DNA of 64,000 bases from Nitrospirota bacterium. GTDB lineage: Bacteria > Nitrospirota > UBA9217. The translations under genes and the position numbers were made by a program. Shown here piece by piece: positions 11,401-19,745 of the stretch. Where the stretch lies: NCBI GenBank assembly GCA_963818475.1, contig CAWFSF010000002.1, forward strand, positions 288,001-352,000, written 5' to 3'. The notes beneath the pieces are model-generated. The model worked only from the letters and a program-made list of their open reading frames with translations, did no database searches and had not been told where the DNA came from. Numbering within the stretch: position 1 is the stretch's first letter; each line of letters starts with the position of its first letter.

Positions 11401-11522
11401 CCGCGCCCCTGCGGCTGATGATCGAATTCTTTTCCAAGCAGCAGACGCAGCCCGTCCGTGCTGCCCATGCTCCGGGCAACCGGTCTGACGACTGCATCAC
11501 TGTTGCGGGAAAAGTGGTTCAT
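5488..11522 (-). CDS. Very large (about 2000 aa) outer-membrane protein: N-terminal DUF11 donor strands, Ig/DUF11/SdrD-B-like domains, OmpA-like peptidoglycan-binding domain, C-terminal beta-barrel (broken by apparent indels; start between 11350 and 11522)
   Basis: Consecutive minus ORFs 11114-11500, 10086-11015, 8042-10195 and 5488-8355 join by frameshifts. Signal peptide AILVLFILILSSSSLWA; DUF11 LWLQKT..GDFVPYTLTVEN..VTDRLP..AVNTA; OmpA motif FSSGSA..VTGHTDS..NHALSFERA..G.DEPVASN..GRTRNRRVE; about 700 aa of amphipathic beta-strands at the C-terminus. Confidence 0.8.
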
Positions 11523-11537
11523 ACTGCGAACTGCTCC

Positions 11538-12656
11538 TTACTGGACCACGACCTGGAACTTGATCACTGCCGATGACGAGAGTGGGATCGTAAGCCCGCT
11601 CACCGTCACGGTATTGGCAGTGAAGTTCGCCCCGTCTCCGTCTGCGTTCGTGTTGGTCTTGCATCCGCCGTTCACCACGATGCCCTCCCCTGCGACGCAG
11701 GTGATCGTAACGCCGTCATTGAACTGCGTGTTAAAGGCCAATCTGCCTGCAGCGATCTCAGCAGCAAGGCTGTCGGTGATGGACACATTATCGGCTTGAG
11801 AACCGGTCGCGCCGTTCGTCACCGTAATGGTGTAGGTGATGACCGCTCCGGGGATCATCTTGGGATTTGACGAGCTGAACGGATCGGAATAGACCACTGC
11901 GGTTTTGGTGATCGTCAGGGCTGCTGCGGTCACCCGGTACGCGCTCCGGTCGGAACCCTCTCCGTCATATTGCGTGTCCGTCCCCACGCTGGCGTTGGCT
12001 GCATCGGCAAAGACCACGTCCACGCCGAGCAGGTTGTTCGCGGCACCGGAGGAGTCCGCCGTCAGCGCGCCAAGACCCGCTCCGCCCGCGTTATGCGTTG
12101 TAGCAATAAGAGCGTAGGCGGCTATATCATTGGTGGCCTGGCCTGCGGGAATGTCTGCCACGATGTAGACCGTCGCGGTTGCATCGGAGACCAGTTCGTC
12201 AATGATAGTCGCAGTGTCCGCACCCGCCTGGTATCCCGCTGTTCCGTTGGTCTCAACAAAGACCTGAACGTTCGCGGCGTCGAAGGAATCGGCCGCATCT
12301 CCGTTGAAGGGATCAGTGGCAGCTGCCGCCGCGAGACTATAGTCCTGCGTTGCGTTGCCATTGTTCCTCACCGTAAAGGTCTGCACCTGCGAGGTTGAAC
12401 TGGGTGCCGTGCTCACATAACTGCCGTCCGTGGTCGTCACGGTGAGGTTGACCTTTGTGTCAACCGCAAAGGTCGCCGTGGGGCCCGTGCTGAGCGGAGT
12501 CTGTGCCACGCCGCTGACCTCGTAGTTGACCGTGGCGCTGTTGGTGATCAGTGTTCCTGAAGCCGTGCCCGCGGCCTCTGCCGACAGCGGGGCGACGATG
12601 GCGATTGCCGCGATCAGCAGCAGCGCCATAAATCTGTAGATCCTGTTCGTATTCAT
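11538..12656 (-). CDS. Secreted split-DUF11 protein, candidate major pilin (372 aa)
   Basis: Strong RBS AGGAGG before ATG 12656; signal peptide ending LSAEA; mature N-terminus AGTASGTLITNSATVNY; C-terminal DUF11 LTITKT..PGAVITYTITVTN..SITDSL ending IKFQVVVQ*. Confidence 0.85.
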   Translation of the reverse strand: MNTNRIYRFMALLLIAAIAIVAPLSAEAAGTASGTLITNSATVNYEVSGVAQTPLSTGPTATFAVDTKVNLTVTTTDGSYVSTAPSSTSQVQTFTVRNNGNATQDYSLAAAAATDPFNGDAADSFDAANVQVFVETNGTAGYQAGADTATIIDELVSDATATVYIVADIPAGQATNDIAAYALIATTHNAGGAGLGALTADSSGAANNLLGVDVVFADAANASVGTDTQYDGEGSDRSAYRVTAAALTITKTAVVYSDPFSSSNPKMIPGAVITYTITVTNGATGSQADNVSITDSLAAEIAAGRLAFNTQFNDGVTITCVAGEGIVVNGGCKTNTNADGDGANFTANTVTVSGLTIPLSSSAVIKFQVVVQ

Positions 12657-12821
12657 GTAATTCCTCCTTCGTAGTACTTCACCATTTCGTTCAGGTAGTT
12701 TATTCTGCTGCACGTGTTCTTCGCTTCTTATCAGTTTAATATCTGCAGTTGCACCACACTCCTTTCAACAATCAGTTTTATCAAGTCTTGTGAACTTGCT
12801 TGCATAGATATAAAAACCTTC

Positions 12822-13317
12822 TCATTTCACCATGGCCCGGAACGAAACGCTGCCTTTGCCGCCCGGAGCCAGCGGTTTGCCCAGGGTCCAGCGTATATGC
12901 GTATAATCCCCGGCCGTGGCCCGCTTCGACACTCCCTTGGCATCGGTCTTCGTCAGCTTATCCGGGGCTGCATAGCGCTTTCCCCTGGTCCACGGAGAAT
13001 TCGATCTTCATGCCCTGGCCCTCGGCGCTGTTCTCGACGTAGACAACGTGTTCGGACACGGGATTCGTTATCACGACATTCTCTACAGGCTTTTTGTCGA
13101 TGTTCGCATACTGCGTGGTGAATATGACCACATCGCCCGGTATGACCTTGGCTGCTGCGGCATCCACCCGCGTCACCTCTTTTTCACCTTTGGTGTTCGT
13201 TGCGGTGACCTCGACCTCGGAAATTGATATCAGTTCAAGGCTCCCTTTTTTCTGCGCTGTTGCAATCGTCGGCAGCAGCAGAACCAGCAGCACCATGCTC
13301 ACAACCGTTTTTGTCAT
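12822..13317 (-). CDS. Small secreted stand-alone truncated DUF11-like protein, candidate chaperone/cap (frameshift near 12980)
   Basis: Signal peptide ..LLPTIATA; PGDVVIFTTQYAN..NVVITNPV; after the frameshift ..YAAPDKLTKTDAKGVSKRATAGDYTHIRWTLGKPLAPGGKGSVSFRAMVK* (stop 12822-12824). Confidence 0.8.
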
Positions 13318-13341
13318 TATCGTATGCCCTCCTTGTAGTGC

Positions 13342-14380
13342 TCAATTTATTTTCACGTCAAACGTAATGGTCTGGACCGGGGAAGACGCGCTGTTCAGGT
13401 CCCCGAGCCTCACCGTCACCGTCCCGGCGGTCGTTACGTTCACGTCTCCTGCGTCGGCATCCGCGGCATCGGTCAACAGGCTGTTGTTCAGCCTGAGCGT
13501 TCCGGCCACAGAGGTCGTATTTGTCGGAACCGGGTCCGAGATCACCACACCGGTTGCCGTGCCCGACCCGGACACGGTCACGGTGATGGTATACCGGATG
13601 GTTGCACCGGTGACGGGCTGACCGCCTGCGGAGGTCACCACTGCGCTTTTCAAGAAGCGAGACCATTGCGCTGGCAACACGATAAGCTGACGCTGCCGAG
13701 TGCGCGCTGTCCCTGATCCCGTCGGCAACACCTGCTCCATCGGCAAACACGGTGTCCACCGCAGCCTGGGTGTTCGGCCCAACAGTCTCCGGGACCACGC
13801 CACCCAGTACGCCGACGACGCCGCCGGACCGGGCTGTTGCGACGAGGCTCAGCGCGGAGACATCGCCGCTCACCTGGGCTCCCGGCATGTCGGCAACGAT
13901 ATAGACCGTGCGCACGGCGTCAGCTGCCAGCTCGTCAAGATAGGTCCCCGTGTCCTCCGCAGCCTGATACCCTGCGGTCACGCCGCTCTCAGCGAATACC
14001 TGCGGATTCGCTGCATCGAAGTTGTCGGTCCCTCCGAAGGGGTCAGCAGCAGGGACCGCTGCAAGGGCGAAATCCTGCACGCTGTTGCCGGTGTTCGTCA
14101 CCGTGAAGGTCAGCACCTGAGAAGCTGCACCGGGAGTGACGCTCACAGGGACGCCGTTCGTTGTCGCTGCGATGAGATTGATCTTTTGGTCGACCACCAG
14201 GCTGGTCAAGGCAGTGATCGGGGGCTGGGGGCTTCCGCCATAGTCATACGTGGCGATCGCCAGGCTCGATATGGTCACCCCCGCGGGCGTGCCGGCGGCG
14301 CGGGCGGAGCGCTCCATGATCGTCACCAATACAGTCAGGGCGATGAATGCCGCCAGAACATATTGTGCTGTTTTCTTCAT
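13342..14380 (-). CDS. Secreted split-DUF11 protein, paralogue of 11538-12656, candidate minor/adaptor pilin (frameshift near 13655)
   Basis: Signal peptide ..ERSARA; N-terminus AGTPAGVTISSLAIATY; middle domain matches the paralogue (FTVTNTGN..QDF, DNFDAAN.QVF, DEL..D....VYIVAD.P, VD.VFAD); C-terminal VSLLKS..GATIRYTITV..VISDPVP..ITFDVKIN*. Confidence 0.83.
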
Positions 14381-14403
14381 AGCGAGCGCCCTTGTGCTCC
14401 TCA

Positions 14404-17400
14404 TCACTTCACCCTCACCCGGAACTGCAGCGCAAAGGAGGGAGTGTTCGTGCCGCTCGCACCGTTGAACGTTCCGCTCAGGGATATTTTGATATTCGTA
14501 ACACTGCCGTCGAAACCGTTCACGTCGGGAACCGGCAGGTAGTCGTAGGTTGCACCGTTGTTGCTCGAGAACGAGATGCTGTCAAAAATATTCGACAGGC
14601 CTCCAAAGGCGTAACTGAGCCCGCTCGCTATGGCGCCGTCCGAGAATGCAATGGGGCCGGAACCGGCGACACCGAAGTCACCGGCAAAGAACTCGGTTAA
14701 GGATGGAAGGGGATCGGTCACTACCACAGTCCCTGCAGCGCCTCCCCCGGTATTCGTGGCCAGGATCGTGTACTGCATGCTCGATCCGGGGATGGCCTTG
14801 GGACTGGTGGTGCCGTTCACCGGGTCGGAGTAGGTATTCACGGACTTGACCATCACGATATTGGGGTGGCTTACTGAGGTGAACAGCACACTGGAACTAT
14901 TGTTGGCCATATTCGGATCGGTCTGGTCGTTGGCCGTAATGCTTGCGCTATTGGTAATGGTCACTCCGCCCGCGGTCACCATGGCGGTTATGTTCAGCGC
15001 TTTTGTCGCATCCTTGGCCACGCTGCCCGCCGTCCAAACGCCGGTCCCGCTGTTGTAGGCGCCGCCGCCGTTGTCCGACACATAGGTGACACCCGCGGGC
15101 AGCAGATCGGAAACCATTATGCCGGTCGCATTGTTCGGACCGCTGTTCCCGATGGTGAGCGTATAGACGACGGTGGTTCCCTGGTTTGGCGTTGAGTTGC
15201 TCACGGTCTTGGTGATGTAGAGGTCGGTGCTCTGCACGGTGATCACCGCGCTGGCGGTGTTGTTGGAACTGTTGGTGTCCCCCTGATCCGCCGACGTCCT
15301 CACGGCCGTGTTCGTGATGGTGCTCCCTGCCGTGCCGGTATTGACCGTGGCGTTGATGGTCAGCGTTGCCGTTGCTCCGCTGTTCAGGGCGGCGATGCTC
15401 CAGATGCCGGTCACGCTGGTATAGGTGCCTGCGGTCGCAACGGACGACGTCAAGGTCAACTCCGCGGGCAAGAGATCGGTCACCACGACCGTTGTTGCGT
15501 TGTTCGGGCCGTTGTTCCTGAGCCCGACGGTGTACACGACCGCGCCCCCTTCGTTGGGCGTTGCATTGTCCACCGTCTTGGTCACTGCCAGGTCCGTCGC
15601 GCCAACCACAAGGGACGCGCTCGCTGAATCGTCGGCTGGATTGATGTCGCTCTGGGTCACGGCGGTGATCGACGCCATGTTGTTGATCGTCTGACCCATG
15701 GTACCTGCGTTGACAGTGGCCGCCAGCAGCATGGTGGCCGTCGCTCCCGAGTTGAGCGGGCCAACGGTCCAGGCGCCCGAACCGCTGTTGTAACCGCCTT
15801 GCGTCACCGACGATCCTCCGGCAGCGTAGGTGAGTCCCGCGGGAAGCGCGTCGCTCACGGTTACGTTCGTGGCATTGGTCAGGGACGGATTGCTGATCAC
15901 GATTGTGTAGGTGACGGTCGCGCCGATTGCCGGCGATGTATTGTTCACGGACTTCGTGACCGCAAGGTCCGTGATCCCCACGCCGACCACCAGCGAATTG
16001 ATCGACGAGTTGTTCGCGTTCACCGGATCCGCCTGGGCTGCTGACACGATCTCGGCCATATTGTGAACGGTGGTGCCGTTCGCTGTTGCATTCTTCACGG
16101 TCACATTGATGGTGAGGGCCGCGCTCGCACCGCTCGCGATCGGCCCGGCTATGGTCCAGGTGAGCGTCGGCGCGGAATAGGTCACGGACCCGGTGGTGGC
16201 CGATGCCGAATTGTACGTAAGGTTCCCGGTGTCGATCACGTCCCGCACCGCGATGTTCGTTGCAGGGTGCGGACCGTTGTTGGTGAGCACCACGGAATAG
16301 GAATAGGCTTCGTTCTTGTTCGGCGAGGGGTTGCTCGAAGTCTTGGCCACGGATAGGTCTGCACGCTGCACCGTGATCGACGCGTTCGCCGTGTTGTTCG
16401 CCGTGTTGGGGTCGCCGACGCTCGCGCCGTTGATGGAGGCCATATTCGTGATCGTCATGCCGTTCGTGCCCGCGTTGACCGTGGCAGTGATGGTCCTGAC
16501 CGCGGACCCGCCTGCCATGATGGTGCCTGCGGACCAGAGACCGCTCCCGCTCACGTAGGTGCCGGTGCCTGCGGACGAGACATAGGTCAAGCCGGCGGCG
16601 AGCAGGTCCGAGACCGTGACCGAACCTGCGCTGTAGAGCCCGTTGTTTGTGACGGTAATCGTATAGGTTATGGAATTGGCCTCGTTCGGTGCCGCATTAT
16701 CGACTGTCTTGGACAGGGACAGATCAACGCCGCTGATGAAGACCGAAACGCTGGCACTATTGTTCGCGGTCATGGGATCTGCCTGATCGGATGTTGCCAC
16801 CACCGCCGTGTTGGTCGCTGTTGTACCCATGGCACCATCCACATCCGCCGTGATGCTGAGCGTTGTGGTCGCGCCGCTCGCGAGGTTGCCGACGGTCCAC
16901 GTGCCGCTGTTGTAGGACCCTTGGGTGGCGCTGGACGTCGAATACGTCAGTCCCGAGGAAAGGACGTCGGTCACCGTCACGCCTGTAGCGAGGGAGGAGC
17001 CCAGGTTTTGGAGCGTGACCGTGAAGACCACGCTCCCGCCGGTCGGAGGAGAAGTGTTGTTCACGGTCTTGAAAAGGGCGAGATCCGCGCCGCCGATCGT
17101 GAGCGAATTGCTTGCCGTATTATTGCCGCTCACCGGATCATAGATGGCCGAAGCGGTGATGCTGGCGGAATTGGCAAAGGTCGCTCCCTGGGTGCCCGCA
17201 TTCACGGTCACGGTGATGGTCAGCGATGCGTTCGCGTTGTTCGCGAGCGAGGGCACTTCCCACACACCCGTGGTGCGGTTATAGGTCCCGGCCCCGCTGT
17301 CCGAGACCCAGGTCACGCCAGCCGGAAGCATATCGGTCACCTGGATGCCGGTCGAGTTGTTCGGTCCGTTGTTCGTGACCGTAAGCGTGTAGGTCACGGT

Positions 17401-18573
17401 CTCCCCTTCTGCGGGCGTGGTTTTGTCCGCCGTCTTGGCCATGCTCAGGTCTGCGGCCTTCTGCACGGTCAGTGTGTCGGTCCTAAGTTGATTGGTGTGG
17501 TAGGAGGCGTCGATTGAGTCGAGATAGGTGACGGTCACTGTCTCGATGGCTGTCACCTGGAGCGAGCCGTTCCCGGTAACCGGCGCGCCCGTTGCTGTTG
17601 TGAGAGACCCGGTGAAGATGCCCGTATTAACGTCGGTTTCGGTCAGCGTCACGGTCTCGCTGTCGCCGGTCGGGCTAGTTACCGAGACCGTAAGAGTCTG
17701 GACCGCGGCGTGATTGGTGTTCACATCCTGGTCCGTCATGTTTATGTAAAGGGTTTGGCCGGAATTGAGCTGGGTCACGTCGCCGGTTCCGGCAAGGTTC
17801 GAGACGAACGTGACCGTACCGGTGGCGGGATAGGTGCCCAACGGCGTGACCGCATCGGTGGCATTGGCAGGCATGCACTGGGAGAGATTTGTTGAGCACG
17901 TATTGGATATATCAACGAGGTCCGCCGAGAGAGACTGGGCGCTGTTCGAGCTCCCAATGAAGAATCTGATGGGAGAGGTATCGGTCAGGCCTGTTTTGGC
18001 TTTAAAGGTGGCGTAAGGGATGCGGAAATCGAGGAAATAGTCCCGCCCACCATTCGTCGACGAGTCTGCGGTAACGGTCCGGAAATTGACGTTCAACTGC
18101 CACTGCTCGGACCAGACGGTGACTTCAGTCTTGTCGGACGGGTCACCCAGCGTCCCCTGAGAGGTGTTCTGACCGATCTCGATCGTATCGGGATTATCAA
18201 TGCCGTTCAGCATCACCATCCACTCATAGTCGCTGAAGTCATTGTCCGTATCGATCAGGAACCCCCAGCCGAACGGCTGAAGGCCGGTACCCTGATTATT
18301 CAACGCGTCCCCATCCACACGAATACGATAGAACATATAGGTGCCGTCATTAAACAGGTAAGCTGAGGGATAGGTCGACGTATTGGTGACGATGTCCCGG
18401 GGGTCGTTGGCTCCGCCTTGGGAGTCACTGATGATGTCCGTAAGGCCGGACATGGTTTTCGTCAAAACGATCCACTCGGAGTCCAGCGGCCAGGCAAAGA
18501 GATATGCCGGATAAAGGCAGATGGCCAGAAGGGTGATGATGAGTATTTTTTTTAAGTTCCTCATGAAATTCAT
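14404..18573 (-). CDS. Large secreted adhesin-like protein with 7 complete and 1 C-terminally truncated DUF11 repeats (1389 aa)
   Basis: Signal peptide; seven repeats DLxxxK..YTxxxxNxG..VxDxL..GxTxxNxA..D...NN; eighth unit PNIVMVKS..PGSSMQYTI..VVTDPLP ends LQFRVRVK*. Confidence 0.9.
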   Translation of the reverse strand: MNFMRNLKKILIITLLAICLYPAYLFAWPLDSEWIVLTKTMSGLTDIISDSQGGANDPRDIVTNTSTYPSAYLFNDGTYMFYRIRVDGDALNNQGTGLQPFGWGFLIDTDNDFSDYEWMVMLNGIDNPDTIEIGQNTSQGTLGDPSDKTEVTVWSEQWQLNVNFRTVTADSSTNGGRDYFLDFRIPYATFKAKTGLTDTSPIRFFIGSSNSAQSLSADLVDISNTCSTNLSQCMPANATDAVTPLGTYPATGTVTFVSNLAGTGDVTQLNSGQTLYINMTDQDVNTNHAAVQTLTVSVTSPTGDSETVTLTETDVNTGIFTGSLTTATGAPVTGNGSLQVTAIETVTVTYLDSIDASYHTNQLRTDTLTVQKAADLSMAKTADKTTPAEGETVTYTLTVTNNGPNNSTGIQVTDMLPAGVTWVSDSGAGTYNRTTGVWEVPSLANNANASLTITVTVNAGTQGATFANSASITASAIYDPVSGNNTASNSLTIGGADLALFKTVNNTSPPTGGSVVFTVTLQNLGSSLATGVTVTDVLSSGLTYSTSSATQGSYNSGTWTVGNLASGATTTLSITADVDGAMGTTATNTAVVATSDQADPMTANNSASVSVFISGVDLSLSKTVDNAAPNEANSITYTITVTNNGLYSAGSVTVSDLLAAGLTYVSSAGTGTYVSGSGLWSAGTIMAGGSAVRTITATVNAGTNGMTITNMASINGASVGDPNTANNTANASITVQRADLSVAKTSSNPSPNKNEAYSYSVVLTNNGPHPATNIAVRDVIDTGNLTYNSASATTGSVTYSAPTLTWTIAGPIASGASAALTINVTVKNATANGTTVHNMAEIVSAAQADPVNANNSSINSLVVGVGITDLAVTKSVNNTSPAIGATVTYTIVISNPSLTNATNVTVSDALPAGLTYAAGGSSVTQGGYNSGSGAWTVGPLNSGATATMLLAATVNAGTMGQTINNMASITAVTQSDINPADDSASASLVVGATDLAVTKTVDNATPNEGGAVVYTVGLRNNGPNNATTVVVTDLLPAELTLTSSVATAGTYTSVTGIWSIAALNSGATATLTINATVNTGTAGSTITNTAVRTSADQGDTNSSNNTASAVITVQSTDLYITKTVSNSTPNQGTTVVYTLTIGNSGPNNATGIMVSDLLPAGVTYVSDNGGGAYNSGTGVWTAGSVAKDATKALNITAMVTAGGVTITNSASITANDQTDPNMANNSSSVLFTSVSHPNIVMVKSVNTYSDPVNGTTSPKAIPGSSMQYTILATNTGGGAAGTVVVTDPLPSLTEFFAGDFGVAGSGPIAFSDGAIASGLSYAFGGLSNIFDSISFSSNNGATYDYLPVPDVNGFDGSVTNIKISLSGTFNGASGTNTPSFALQFRVRVK

Positions 18574-18655
18574 ACCATCTCGGGAACGACCGAGACCGTC
18601 CCACTAAACTGAAATATCTTTGTAATACGCCACCATAGTAGCTCGTTTACTGTAA

Positions 18656-18668
18656 AATCAACGACTTA
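18656..18668. promoter_or_regulatory. Candidate IHF site upstream of the DUF11 cluster
   Basis: AATCAA-CGAC-TTA matches the WATCAANNNNTTR consensus, in an AT-rich upstream region. Confidence 0.4.
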
Positions 18669-18932
18669 TGCGATAAGAAATAATGAGCCAATGCTACTCA
18701 CTTATAGCATTTATAGGTACAAAGTACTAAAAATAGATTTTTTTGTCAATACAAAAAATATTATTCTTCGCGGCTTTTGGGAGTTGTTCCGGGATGGCCT
18801 GCAAGAGGGAAATCGTCAGTTCAGAGGGTGGACGGCATTGTGAAACGAACACGAGGGAATTTTTCCTGACAGGCGGGTAGAACATGGGTGATGTTCTTTG
18901 TATCTGCACAGACCGGATGCTTGAGCGTAACG

Positions 18933-18961
18933 AAAAAAGGCGGGACCAATTCGTCCCGCCT
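18933..18961 (-). terminator. Intrinsic terminator after adk
   Basis: aaaaaa-ggcgggac-caattc-gtcccgcc-t hairpin with U-tract on minus strand. Confidence 0.75.
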
Positions 18962-19000
18962 CGTACCATTCTTGAAATCGATAAGCGCTGCTTCCTGAAA

Positions 19001-19654
19001 CTACTTCTTTGCCGCAATCCCGTTCTTGATCGCATTTACGACGCCGTCGCTGCTTGGCTCGCTGATCTTGAGCAGCATGCCCTTCTTCTCATAGTAGCCG
19101 ATGAGCGGAGCGGTCTTCTCGTTGTAGACGTCGAGCCGTTTGCTGATCGCTTCCACGGTCTCGTCGGCGCGCTGGATCGTGGGGCTGCCGCACTTTTTGC
19201 ACTTGTCGCCTGCTGCCGGCGGGTTGCTCTTGATGTTGTAGATCTCCTGGCAGGATGGGTTGGAGCAGGTCCGGCGCGTGGTCAAGCGGTCAAGGATCAC
19301 GTCGCGCGGCACTTCGATGCTCGCCACGAGGTCGAGCTTGATATTGAGCTTCTTCATCAAGGCATCGAGCGAATCGGCCTGCGAGATGGTCCTCGGAAAG
19401 CCGTCGAGCAGGAAGCCCTTCTGGCAGTCCGGCTCCTGAAGCCGCTGTTCCATGATGCCCATGATGAGCGAATCGGGAACCAGGTCGCCCCGGTCCATGA
19501 AGCCCTGTGCCTCTTTGCCGAGCGGCGTTCCAGCCTTTACGGCGCCGCGCAGAATATCACCGGTCGAGATCTGCACCGAGCCGTCCAGTGCGGTTAACAG
19601 TTTTGATACCGTGCCCTTGCCGGCGCCCGGCGCCCCTAACAAAATAATTTTCAT
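19001..19654 (-). CDS. adk: Adenylate kinase (Cys4 zinc LID)
   Basis: LLGAPGAGKGT, ISTGDILR, GDLVPD, FLLDGFPRT, C-x4-C...C-x2-C in the LID. Confidence 0.97.
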   Translation of the reverse strand: MKIILLGAPGAGKGTVSKLLTALDGSVQISTGDILRGAVKAGTPLGKEAQGFMDRGDLVPDSLIMGIMEQRLQEPDCQKGFLLDGFPRTISQADSLDALMKKLNIKLDLVASIEVPRDVILDRLTTRRTCSNPSCQEIYNIKSNPPAAGDKCKKCGSPTIQRADETVEAISKRLDVYNEKTAPLIGYYEKKGMLLKISEPSSDGVVNAIKNGIAAKK

Positions 19655-19745
19655 GGAAAGAACCTCCTTAGGATATGTGGTGATGCATCAAGTCGGCCAT
19701 TATCGTATGAACCGCTGAAAAAATCAAGAAAAAAGGTGTTCAGAG

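Noticed and set aside
14850-17460. Periodic DNA similarity resembling a CRISPR or repeat array
   Set aside because: The period is about 370 bp and is fully explained by protein-level DUF11 repeats; there are no identical short repeats with spacers and no cas genes.
18574-18900. Sigma-54 promoter for the DUF11 cluster
   Set aside because: The TGG-containing candidates I checked on the minus strand lack the GG-N10-GC spacing.
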